Shown one piece after another: positions 1 through 13,000 of a DNA stretch of 64,000 nucleotides. Position numbers and translations under genes: made by a program. The stretch covers positions 30,156 through 94,155 of IMG/VR virus record IMGVR_UViG_3300042561_000572; one strand, 5' to 3'. The notes below the pieces were generated by a model. That model did no database searches. It was not told the origin of the DNA and saw only the letters and a program-made list of their open reading frames with translations. Origin of the DNA: a virus. How positions within the stretch are numbered: position 1 is the stretch's first letter; each line of letters opens with the position of its first letter.

Positions 1-4
1 TACT

Positions 5-310
5 GTGGAAAAGAATCTAACACCAGAACAAATACAAATATTAAAGGAACATATAATAGTCTATCAACTAACAACAGTAGAAGCACCGCCTTTGATAGTT
101 ATCTCAGAAGCTCACTTACTATCTAAACATAGACAGTGGAGCTATTTAAACTTGCCACAAAACATTGAATTATTTGAGGTAAGAGTAACAGTTTACACAC
201 TAGAAGGGGAACATATACAAATGATATCTGAGATATGTAATAAACAAACAGTAAAGAATAGATTAAACTATATACCACTTAAACTAAAGGCTCAACTAAT
301 AGATTTATAG
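5..310 (+). CDS. hypothetical protein (may be truncated at window edge)
   Basis: 101-aa ORF ending inside a convergent terminator hairpin; no motif recognised. Confidence 0.5.
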   Translation: MEKNLTPEQIQILKEHIIVYQLTTVEAPPLIVISEAHLLSKHRQWSYLNLPQNIELFEVRVTVYTLEGEHIQMISEICNKQTVKNRLNYIPLKLKAQLIDL

Positions 311-326
311 TTGAGCCTTTAGTTTA
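280..326. terminator. bidirectional intrinsic terminator
   Basis: Perfect inverted repeat taaactaaaggctcaacta / tagttgagcctttagttta between convergent genes. Confidence 0.75.
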
Positions 327-334
327 TTATTTAA

Positions 335-562
335 CTAACCAATTATAATACAACCGTTATCAGGATCATTAAATACATTTAAGTTACCAACATTTAACTC
401 ATAATCTTCAATCCAATAATCATTCTTTCTACTAAATCTAACCTCTGATTTTTTCCAATTAAGAACTACATCATTAGCAATATCTTCTGTTAAACATATC
501 TCTATAATTCTATGTTCATCTACTTTACCTTCTTTGTCAGACATTACAACATATACATTCAT
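335..562 (-). CDS. small hypothetical phage protein
   Basis: 75 aa, MNVYVVM...ICLTEDIAN...YWIEDYEL; paralogous to 564..734. Confidence 0.7.
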   Translation of the reverse strand: MNVYVVMSDKEGKVDEHRIIEICLTEDIANDVVLNWKKSEVRFSRKNDYWIEDYELNVGNLNVFNDPDNGCIIIG

Positions 563-563
563 A

Positions 564-734
564 TTATTCTTCTACCACATCATATTCTCTAATATCATAC
601 TCAACGCCAAATCTTTGGTCATCTTGTATGTATTCTTTTAACTTTCTGTTAGCTATTTGTTCAGTTAAACATACTTTTAGTAATCTACAGTCCGTCATCT
701 CATAATTATAAAACATAATTATATATACTTTCAC
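564..734 (-). CDS. small hypothetical protein, not in ORF track
   Basis: Manually translated 56 aa (GTG start, AGGAG upstream): MKVYIIMFYNYEMTDCRLLKVCLTEQIANRKLKEYIQDDQRFGVEYDIREYDVVEE; shares VY, CLTExIAN and YxIxxY with 335..562. Confidence 0.7.
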   Translation of the reverse strand: MKVYIIMFYNYEMTDCRLLKVCLTEQIANRKLKEYIQDDQRFGVEYDIREYDVVEE

Positions 735-883
735 TTAGTTTCATTCTCCTGTTTAAATCTATACAATCTACCCAATTCAGAACTCTTTAACCATTCTAAT
801 CTTTCTTTGTAGCTCATGATTCTGTGAGTGCCAACTCTAATTTGTTCTGGTCTTAAAGCTTTATTATCTGTTTGTTTACTCAT
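731..883 (-). CDS. small hypothetical protein, not in ORF track
   Basis: Manually translated 50 aa MSKQTDNKALRPEQIRVGTHR...; overlaps both neighbours as expected for coupled genes. Confidence 0.55.
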   Translation of the reverse strand: MSKQTDNKALRPEQIRVGTHRIMSYKERLEWLKSSELGRLYRFKQENETK

Positions 884-1088
884 ATACAACTTTACCTAAT
901 TCATAGTCAAATACTCTCCATCTAAGACTTCTTTTAAATTTAAAAGTATGAAGTCTATTATCATGAGCCATTTCTATAATACTTATGAAGTAATCTAAAT
1001 CATTAGTTATTTTAAAAGTACCTTTATCAATAACCCAATGATTATCTTGTAATGTTTGTATTCTATATCTAATTTTAAACATAAGCAC
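876..1088 (-). CDS. small hypothetical protein
   Basis: 70-aa ORF overlapping the stop of the giant gene. Confidence 0.6.
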   Translation of the reverse strand: MLMFKIRYRIQTLQDNHWVIDKGTFKITNDLDYFISIIEMAHDNRLHTFKFKRSLRWRVFDYELGKVVYE

Positions 1089-4000
1089 TATCTCCTGAAA
1101 CTAAATAAGTTTCACTTCTACTATCACTACTTAAGTTTTCAAACTCAACATCTGTTGCCCAAACACCAACTACAACTGGTGGTACATCTAACTTATCAGG
1201 CACATCTATAAAGTCACTGGACATTGGATCTATTTCAGCTTCACCTCTAGCAGCTATAGCATCAGATAAGTTATCTTGCATTTGAGCCAACTTATTATTT
1301 AAATTATTATCTCCTTGGTTGAAGTTGCTTTTTAATAAACCAGCACTTTGTTGAATACTACTATCAAGCATATTCATAGCTAAAGCACCAACAAATGATC
1401 CAATAATAGCACTAACACCACTCTCTGCTATTGGCACATTATGTCTAAACAAAGGAGCAACAACATTTCTATTAAACAAGTCTGTTAACTTAGGAGTAAC
1501 ATAAGTACCAACTAGACTAAGTGAAGCTTCAGTTGATGCAGCTTTAGCTAAGTTAGTGGCCCAATCTTCATCAGGATTTCTATAAGCTTTACTTCTAAAG
1601 AGAGCACCAGCAGCATTAGCAGCACCTTTACCATGTGGCATGTTATAACCCATTAAACTTAAAGTACCACCAATAACACCTGCTGCATCCATACCAGCTT
1701 GATCATTAGAAGTACCATATATAGCACCACCAATCATACTAAGTAAAGCAGGACCAACTATATTAAATATACCATCAGCAGCTTTAACTTTTAACTCTTG
1801 TCTAGTAGTACCATCATTACCTCTAGCAACATGTTCAGGTTTAAAGTAATCTTTACCCTCCTTACTTAAAGTACCTAACAATAAGCCATTTTCAGCTAAC
1901 AATTCATCTGCTAATGCTTTAGCCTCTGCTTCATTTTTATTTATATTTTTATGCTGACCTACAATCTGAGCATGTATCTTATTATAAGTAACATCACTTA
2001 TTTCACCAGCTTGATTCATAGCAGCAGCAACTTCACTAATAGCTTGTAATTTAAAGCCTTGTGATGTTTTCTTACTTTGTCTATTAATCAAATCACTAAC
2101 TAATTCATTCTTTCTTTCAACCTTACCATCAATGGTTACTTCATGTTGTATTTCAACATGTTTAAGATGCTTATACATTTCTGCCATTTCTTTAGCATTC
2201 TCCTCATCACCACTAAAGTTAGACATCATTTGTCCCATAGCATCAGCATTAGTCAATTTAGGATCATTAACAGCTTTAAACAGTCTGCCCATAACAGAAG
2301 CACCTTCCATGCTAAGTTTACCTTGAGCCATTAACCTATAAGCAGCATTAAACAAATCACCACCTAATAAGCTAGTACCAACCTCTCTAACACTAGAACT
2401 TGTAATGTTTCTTTGCATGTCCTTACTAGCTTTATTTAGATGAACAAATCTATCTAAACCACTACCATAATCACCCATAAATGTCTTAGTTTGAGTGATA
2501 CTAGCATGATGACTAAGTACTAATAGAGAAGCAGTTGATAAGCCACCACTACTTTGTCTAACCTCATTAAGTTTAGCCATATTATCATCAGTCATAGCCA
2601 TTCCCATATGTTCATAAAGCATAGTACCAAAAGCACCATTAGAGTTAGTAATCATCTCTGCTGAGAACCTGTTAACTTGTTCTACTACAGCCTTATCTCT
2701 ATGTTGTTCTGATACATAACCAACACTATAACCACTGGCTCTTGTAGAAAATCCAACTCCTCTACTATTAATACCATCTATAGCATTATATAAACCTTCA
2801 ACTGCTTTAACAGCATCTGCTTTATTCCCCATTGCTAGCTCAGCAAGAGTTAAACTAACACCTTTACTATCACTACCCTTACCTAAAAAGCCATGTAATC
2901 CTTCACTAATAGTCTTTTCCAAAGCTCTATTACTACTAGCTTTATCATCAATCTTTAACTTACCATCCTTACCAATTTCTAATGAACCAAAGTTCTTTTC
3001 AAAGTTAAACATAGTAGTAATACTTCTAAGACTACTACTAACTTTAAACTTAATTAAAGAATCTTCATTTACATCAGACCCCATTAAAGCCATTCCAATA
3101 TCTCTTTGATCTCCAGTTATGTTATAGTCTCCAATGCTGCCATATCTACCTTCTCCATCTTTCCTTTCACCAGTAGAACCAGCAGCATGAATCATCTTAT
3201 TTAAATCCATTAGACCCTTCATACCAGCACCAGGACCAATTTTAGAAGCCATATCATTAACTAAACTTTGTCTTTTACTCTCATCAGCAGTAGTATATTC
3301 TTCTGACATCTTAATAAGTTCAGCCATAACAGAACTAGAATCACCCTTTAGTTTTATACTATCTCTAAGCATCTGTTGAACTGCTTTATTCCAACCTTGC
3401 AATTGTTGTGCTTTATCATATGAAGCTTGTAAGTTAGCCATAAATCTAGTGCCTTCATCTGATGGCATAACAACAGAGTTACTAGCATTATTAACTGGCC
3501 CATGTTGTCCAGTCATTCTGTTCATCTTCTCAGCAATCTGTGGACTATCACCTTCTAATATGTGATACAAACTAACAATAGGAGAATCAGCAACAAAAGT
3601 GCCAAGTAAAGTGTTATAAGTCTTACCTAACACATCACTACCAGCCTCACCTAATGTTTTAGTTAATACATCATATGTTGATTCACCCATACCAATACCT
3701 AAGCCAGCATTAATCTTACTGTATAAAACATTACTAGCTTTACTAGTTGCATCTAACTTACTAAATAGAGTTGTAAAATAAGCCTCTTTATTAACCTCAC
3801 CTTCAAAGTTATGTAAAGTATTACTGCTTTGTTTTAACTCATCCCAAGTAAGTCTCATACTGTTTGTTAAAGCTTCTTGTAACTCTTGTTGCATATCAGT
3901 ATCTTGCAGTTGAGTTGAGTTTAAAGTCATACCAATAGCAGTAAAGAACTGATTCTTATCAGAACCTGTTTCTATGCTTTTTATCATATCATCTAAAGTA

Positions 4001-7000
4001 TTCTTATCAAAGGTTAAACCAACAGAATGTTTACTGCCCAAAGAAGCATTTAACAAGTCCTCAACTCTAGTATTCATTTCACTATTAACACCTTGCATAC
4101 CACCATATAAGCCTTTACCTTGATCTAACATAGCAGCCATAGAACTAACATTAATAGTACCCTGACTTCTAAAACCACCTTCATTACTACCTCTAAAGAA
4201 TCTACTATCAATACCCATATAAGAGGCCACATCTTTTGCCATCTTACTTTGTTTATCAGGAGCATTCATATCCTTTTGCAATGACTTTAAAGCCATAGCA
4301 TCTTCAAATAATTTAGCTTCTTCATTGGCTAATGTCTTCTCTAATTTACTAAGAGCTTCTGTGTCTGATATAGGACCAACAAAAGCTTTCATTGAACTAA
4401 TTTCTTTCTTTTTATGTTCAATTACAAATCTTCTATCATCAATTGTATTAATCTTTTCAGTAACCTTATGTAGCAACGTCATATAGTTATCACCATCAAA
4501 GTCACCTAAGTTACTAGTTAAGAATGACAAACCACTAAAGATTGAAATACTCTTACTTCTATCAACATCAAACCTAACAATATTGTCATCTATTGCTAAG
4601 TTATCAATCATTTTATTGAATTGATCAACACCTCTAATAGCCATTAAAGTAGCAAGATGAGATTCAGTTGAACCATATGGTGCTGATCTCCAGCTTTGAT
4701 TTTGCATGTTATCAAGTTCACTCATACTATTATGAATGTAGCCTAATTCTTGTAATGAATAGTGTAAGAACTTAGTACTTAAAGTGCCTCCTTGATCCTT
4801 ATAAGCAGCCACTTGTTCTTTAATGTTAGTCATATCATTAATCATATAACCAACACTCTTTCTATTAGCAGCTACTATAAAGTGTTCTTGTTCTGACTTA
4901 GCATTCTTAGTAGAAGTAGGAGCAAAGCCCTCCATAAAGTTCTCTAAGTTCTTTATTCTATTGTCAATGTATTCAAGTGTAATCTGTCTAGCAGCTTCAA
5001 AGTTACCACCTGTTTTTGGATCAGCAGTGTCATTAATTAGATCTGTAATACTTTGATGAGTTTGCTTATACACAGTATGTTTACCTCTCATAGCACCCTC
5101 TAATTCCTTGCTATAATGATTAACAAGATCAAGGCCCATGCTATATCTATTCTTCATAGTACTATTATGAATAAAGTCTCTAATCTCATGATTCTTACCA
5201 AGATATATAGCATCTTGGTAACCTCTTTCAGACATCCAATCATTAACAGTACCTATTAAACCTTTATATTCTTCTCTCTTCTTAGGATTAAGACTGTTTT
5301 CAGCTAACTTTGTATCAGCTTTCAACTTAGCAAATTGCAGATTAGCTAATACATAACTAGCAACATATGCCTTATCATAAGCACCAGTTACATCTAAGTT
5401 TTTCTTAACAGTATTAAATGAATTTTGAGCCTTTTCAACAGCAGCATCTAAATCATTTATATCAGTAGTCTTACCAGTTTGTACTTGATTAAGTAAATTA
5501 TGAGCACCACCAATAACTTCAACACCATTCTGCAATTTTAATGCTGCCATAGTTGAAATACCTCTAACAAGCATTTGCTTTTGATAATCTAATACAGTAC
5601 CTAATGACTGATTAAAATCTTGTAGTTGTTTATTACTTTGATAATTCTTAAACTTAGTAGACATCTCACTACCAAGTGTTGTATATGTTAAATGTGCAGC
5701 AGCAGTAACCTCAAATAGTTTCTTTCTAAGACTAGCAATACCTTCAGGTGCTCCATACTTCTCATTAACAAATTGGGGCATAACATTCATGTTAGCAGCT
5801 AAACTTAAGTTAGGAATACCAGTACTAACATAACCTTCAAACTCAGTACCATGACCTGCAACTGCTTTTTGCATTAAAGTATCAGAACTAGCTTCTGATA
5901 TAGCTTGTAATAACTCATCACCAAGATAACCTAATCTAGCAATCATATCAGTCTCTTCAGGGCTTAAATTAACATTGAAGGTGGCACTATTCTTTTGTGC
6001 TGCTCTAGCTTTAGCAACTTTAATCATTACATCATTTTCAGCAGTACCTGGTACAAAATAACTTTGCATATTTAATGTTTTACCAACAATATCACTAACA
6101 AAGTCACCAAAAGATGAACCAACTTGATTTAACAAATCAGCACCAGGCATAAATATATATGTGTTTTGAGTATTACTAAATACAGTATTAACATCTCCAG
6201 TCATTTGATCTACAAGTGGTCCACCAACTACTTTTGGCATTAATATGTTATAAGTCCTATTACCAGTATCTTGTAACATTTGTAGCTTAGGTTGAGTTAT
6301 ATCTGTACCCATACCTTTACTTTGTTCTAAGTTATAAGTTATGGCAGACTTTCTTAAAGCTTCAATTATATGTTGACCAACACGCCTTAATTGACCAGCA
6401 TAATCAGTAAGCTTAGCAGTAGGATCACTATTATGTTTATCCCTATTTAACCCATCAACATATGTTGCTTCAGCAAGAGTTAAATCACCGTTATTATAGT
6501 AATCTTCTACTTTACTAACATCAAAGTTCTTTTTAATAGATGGTTTATAAATAGTTCTATATTCTTTTATTAACTCACTACTATTCTCATTAGCATTATA
6601 ATAAACTCCTAAGAAGTCCCTACCAAAGAAGCCACTCATAGTTACTGGATCTAATGCTTGAATTGCTTGTATACTCTTTAAATACTCTGCACTATCAGCC
6701 ATACCAACACTAATAAGTCCAATCTCTTGAGCAGCAACAACAGTACCTAACACATACGCTAAGTTACCCTTATTACCAGTTCTAGTAAACTGTTTAGATT
6801 GAGCTTCTAATGGTGCTAACAAGTGTTGCATTTCAGTCTTAGCTCTTAAGTTCTTACCAAGAGGATCTTTACTAGCAGAAGGTGATATAGACAATGATAA
6901 TTGCACTGCATAGTTTTGTTGCAAGTATATACCCATTTGATTAGCAAGTTGTTCTTTCTCCTCATTAGTCATATTAAAAGCATTATCACTACCACCTAAA

Positions 7001-10000
7001 GCTGCTGCAATTTCCAACAATGGATCATTTAAAACTACACCACTGTATGCATCATAATTGCCTGTAACTGCATTAGGTGTAGCAGCTCTTGTTAAAGCTC
7101 CTATTTCTGATAGTGGACTTGTCTTTAAAGGACCAATAAAAGAATCATCATTAAACTTACCAGTAGTACCATCATTTTGTCTTACCTTCATTTTAAGCAT
7201 CCAATCAGTAACCATACTAATGTCACCTCTTTGATTCTTAAGCTGACCAAACATATCAATAGCAGTTAACATAGCAGAGACACCTCTAGTATATAAGTCA
7301 CTACTATTAATTACATAACCATCACCACTTCTACTACCAACAGTGTTAACATAACCTTGTAATAAGCCTGTTAAATCTCCACTATCAGTTAATATGGCAT
7401 CTCTAATAGATCCTACAAGTTCCTTATTATTCATAATGAATTGTGGAATACTACCAAAGATATTATCCTTTGATCTAGTAGCTTTACCAGTAAGTACATT
7501 CTGCATTTCAGCCATTCTAATAAAGGTGCCAAACTCACCTTTAATAGCAGCCTTCTTATAAGCTTTAACATATTGATCATTCAACATTAAAGCATCACCT
7601 GGTTTATTCCTTTCATATGAACCATCAGCTATAATGTCTAAACCAAACTGACTAATCAAAGCTGCTGCTAACATTCTATTAGTCTGTTTAACAAGAGTAT
7701 TAGCAAGTTTAGTTCTAACTCCATCAGGACCAGTTACATCTTTAGTAAACAACATAGAAGCATGATCCATAAAGAAGCCACTCTTTAAGTTGTTAGGATT
7801 AATCAAGCCATAAACATCAGATACTTGATTCTTTAAAATACTAGCACTACTTATACCTGCTTCAACTGTTTTAATAGCCCCCATATCATCTTTAAAAGTA
7901 GATTCATAGCCTAATGATTTCATAAAACTACTAAATACACCCTCAAATTGACTACCTTTTAAAGCAGCACCAACACCTTTAAATAAAAGACCAGCAGCAG
8001 TACCTTCATGTCTTCTACCAGAACCAGGTTGTAATATTGGCAAAGCACTTACTTGGTATTTTATTTCATTAGTGCCTGGACTACCACCTTCAACTCTACC
8101 AGCAGTAAGAATAAGATGAACTGAATCTTCACCAGGTCTATTACTAATTGACTTTTGTTTAACAGATGCTACAGGTTTACCAAATAAACTGAAGTTTTCA
8201 ATCTGTCCAATTAAATAATCAGCACTACCAGTACCTCCAACATAAGTTACATTATCTCCACCATCTGCTCTAATTTGAACAACCTTATTAACACTTCTAT
8301 CATATACAAAAGTATCACCTTCATTAATAACAAGGCCATTCTTTTGCAACATATCACCACTAAAAGTTACTTCACCAACATGTGTTCTAGCATCTAACAT
8401 AGAAGCCTTAATACCAGTATTAGTAACAGTTGGCATACCAGCATAATGTTGTGTTCTAAATTTAGGATTAGTATAGAAGTGATCACTATAACCACCATTA
8501 AGTTGTAATAATACAAACTGTTGTTTATCTCTTCTACCTCCAACAACTGAACCAACACTATTAGCAACACTACTATAACTAATCATCTTCATTCTAAACA
8601 TGTTGTTAAGTATTTGATTAGTATCTTCTCTCTCTGTCTCACTTAAGTTTAAATCTTTAAACTTATCAAATAATTCTTTTCTCTGCGCTAATACAAAGTT
8701 ATAAGCACTTTCATTTAGCACTGTTCTAACATCAGTATCAAACATAGAACCTAAGTTTACTTCTTCTGCTGTTAGATAATTATGTATAAACTTCTTAGCT
8801 TTATCATCAGTTAATAAAGATGTTAATTGAGCTATATTATCTGCAATGCCCTTTCTTTGACCTGCATTATATTCTTTTAAACTACCCTTTTCTAATATAG
8901 TCTTAGAAGCCTCTTCAGATACTTCATACATTAATCTACTACCAAGAGCATTCTTAATTCTTTGGTTAATTTGTGCTGGTTTACTAGGATCAAGATTAAA
9001 TAACATACCTCTTTGATTACCTTTAACATTTAACAATGTCATAATCTCATCAACTTCACTGTCTTTAAAGTCACCACTATTAACAAGTTTATCCTTACTA
9101 ATAAGAACACCAATACCAGTTCCTTCAAGGATATCAATACTATTCCTATCAGTTGGAAACTTATTTCTAACACCAAATGATTCTAGTTGATAACCTTTCT
9201 TATTCTGAGTAGAAACACCTTCAGCAACACCACCTAAATAAAACCTTTCATTACCTTCATAATCAGTACCAAAACCACTATAAACACTAACATCTCTAGC
9301 AAATGTTCTAGCATATTGTAATGTTTGTAGAAGAGGGTTCTTACTAACATCAGCAATGTTTAGTAAACTCATAGCTCTTTCATTACCAGCATCTAAACCA
9401 TAATTAATATACTTACTAGCAGGAACACCTGCCGCATAACTAATAGCCTGGTGAGCTTGTAAATAAGGATCAAATATAGTTTTAGATAACTCTGTCATCT
9501 GACTATTTAAATCTCTTTCAGCATTATATTTACTATTAACTCTAAGAACATCTAAGGTTAAATCTTGATAACCTTCTTGACCTAATAGTTGACCAATAGC
9601 ATGTATAGCTGTAAAAACATCATCACCACTTTTAGCATTTCTAATATTTTGTATTTGATCTGTTAACTTAATGCCAAACTTTGTACCTTCAACATTAACA
9701 TTAACATTTAACCTGTTATAAACATCTACACCAGCTAACTGTCTAGTAGTATCTAAATAACTAATACCTTCAGCATTAAATCTACTTTCCAATGCATTAG
9801 CAAGGTCTTTATATCCACCCCTATCAAACAAGTTATTAGATCTACCCCTATCAAACAAGTTATTAGAATAAGCTAATCCATCTGTATTTATGCCAACCTT
9901 ATTATCAGCTAACATGTATCTAGTATCACCCATCAAAGAAATAGCAAAGTCTAATGCTAAACCTCTTTTAGTATCAGCATCAACACCTATTAACTTACTA

Positions 10001-13000
10001 GCAGGATTACTAATAGCTTGTTTATAAGCCATCTCACCAATCATAGTAGCAAAGATACTAGTAGTATTATCAATACTAGACATCTCAGCAGATTGACCAT
10101 GTTCTAAAACACCAGGTCTATCCCCAAACTTCCAACTAATCTTTCCACCAGTATTATTAGTAAAGTTACTGTTATATATTAACTTACCTTCCTTTTGAAA
10201 GAACACAGGACCAGGTTGATTAGCAGTACCTTGTAACATACCAAGAGTATAAGTAAGCCTACTAGTATTAGTGTTTAAACCTAATAACTTACCAGGCATA
10301 ATAGCAACTTCTAACATAAGAGGAGTGCCAAATCTATCATACTTTCTAGTAATAGACATAGCATCCCCTAACCCTTTACTCATCTCCCTTAAAGTACTTT
10401 CTAACTTTAAAAGATCACCAGTATTAGATTGTCTAGCCCAGTATGGTAAACCTTCAATGGAGGGTAACAAACCATTATCTAACCTATTACCATAGTTAAG
10501 TTGAGCATAAGACATAGTTACAGCCTTATTATTATCTTTTAACTCATACATTTCTTCTTCTGCTAATAAAGAATATTCATTACTAAAGCCTAAGTTTAAA
10601 GCCTCAATGTTATCTCTAAAGTCTTGGTCATAGCCAGTATTACTTTCCTTAGCAGCATCAATGAATAACTTTCTATTAACATAAACAGCACCCATTTCAT
10701 CACTAACATATGGATCATTACCTCCAACACCAAGATACTTATTATCAGGTCTAATATCAACACCTAATGAGTTCATACTAAAGTTAGAAGAGTTAGCAGC
10801 AGTACCAGCTATTTGCTGAGTATATTTAACATATGTACTACCATCTTTTCTTGTTGCTGATTCATATCTATAAGCACTAAAAGACTTACTATGTTGTCTA
10901 GGAACATCAGCACCAGCCATATTACCACTAGCAATAGCAAGCATTTGTAATGCAGTTAAGTTCTTACCATCAGTAATATCTAATTGAGCATTAATAAGTT
11001 CAACCTTTCTATTTAGTGATTGATTACTCTCTGTTACAGCATTAACAAAGCCACTAATAGAGCCACTAAATTCATTATGAAACCTAGCACCAAACCTATC
11101 ATTTAAATAATTCCAAGTAGGTTCTATGACCTGTTTAGTAAAGTTATTAGTATCAACTACAACCTTACTAATACCCATTGCTATCAAACTAAAGTTCTTT
11201 CTTTGTATGTCTCTATACAATTCATATCTAACATCTTGTCTTGATCTAAACTGACCACTTCCAAGAGTATTGGAACTAAATTTACCCATTTCACCAATCT
11301 CTTGACTGGTAGCATCATTAAATCTATTAGCTCTATTATTAGGATCACTACCATTAACATCTAAATGATTAACATGTAATAAGTATGCTTGATCAAGCAC
11401 CATAGTCATACCTAAATCACCAGTATATTTACCCTTTAATTCGTCTAAACTACTATTCATTTCTCTACCACTTTCAGTGTGTAAATAGTCAACAGTAGCC
11501 TTCAATGTATACATAATATCAGTTGCAAACTTAATATTAGATTGACTACTTATAGTTGTTATTTGTTGTTTTTGAGCAGCAACAACTTGTTCATACATAA
11601 GAGCAGATACAGTCTTCTTATATTTATTAACCTTATTATCATTTAACTTTTGAGGATCAAACTTACCTAATAACAAATTAAGTTGTGCTAACCCAGAGAA
11701 GTCTTTAAAAGATGTCCAATTATTTAATAGTTCTGGTAACCTGTTAATATATTCTTGTCTCTTTTTAATTAAATCCTTATTACTATGAAACATGCCTAAC
11801 ATTTCATAGTTGGAGCCAGCTTTAAATATAGAATCACCAACAGGACTAGTTAAGTTAATAGAGCCTAACACAGCAACCTGATCTGTTATATAAACCTTTC
11901 TATGATGAGCAGGGCCAGCAAGCTTAATGTTAAACACACCAGGAACCCCATCTTTACCATTAACAATCTCTTCTGCTTCTTGTCTAGTTTTTTTCTTGCT
12001 ATTAACAAGTTCATTGATAATAGTTTCTTTTAACTTCTCCATCTTTGCAACTTCAAGTATATTAGGCCCAAAGATAGCAGCACTAGTACCTTCATCACCT
12101 GGAATAGGAGAACCAACAATCATATTAACTTTAAAGCCATAGTTCTCATTACCTATGATTTCTCTATAGATCTTACTAACAACAACATCACTAATAGCTC
12201 TATTTTGATATTGGAAAGTATCAATTGTAATGCTTTCTTTAGCAGATTCAAACATAGAAACAAATGGTAATATACCAGGTCTAGTTTGATACTTAACATC
12301 ATCAATCACTTTAGCTGCTTTTTGTTTATAACTATTGTTAATACTAGTATCAATAGCTTTAATGTTTCTTCTATTTATACTAACACCACCCTTAGTTAAC
12401 TCATTAACATAAGACTTACTTCTAACAAAGTCTAAGTCAGTAATAGTCTTACCAGCTTTACTTCTACTACTATTAAAAGTACCTTCATTAATTGCTCTAA
12501 GCTCATCTGCTGAGTTACCATCAACAGGAACAAGACCACTACCAAATAGATCAGCATTAACTAATCTCTCTAATGTCTCTTGTCCTCTAGCTTCCATATC
12601 TCTAATATTAGAACTAGATTGAACACGACTAAAAGCATTAGCATACTGATAGCTTTGATCTAAGTAATAATTATCTTTAGCTTTAGTAGGATCTTCAATG
12701 TATAAACCTTTTTTAGCTAAAACATTACCAAATATATTTTCAAATACCACTTGACTAGCATAAGCTTTAGTCTCAGTAGGATCAATTCTATAAGCTTCAC
12801 CAACTAAGAACTTAAGACTCTTTCTACTATCTAATAAGCTATTAGAAACATTACTATCAAACTCAGTAAACAGTCTAGTAGTAACAGTTTGACTAAGACC
12901 TAATACAAACTTATTAGAGAATGCTTCTCTTTTACCAGTAGTAGTAACATGTTTAGGATCAAACATACCACCTGATATATCACTAGTCATACCAATAGCA

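Noticed and set aside
4489-4503. DFDGD as a calcium-binding FG-GAP/VCBS repeat
   Set aside because: Single occurrence, not in a beta-propeller repeat context, and accompanied by several RNAP motifs in the correct order
2132-12142. Short + strand ORFs within the giant gene (2132, 2143, 10271, 11927)
   Set aside because: Antisense shadows of a long coding frame with no motifs
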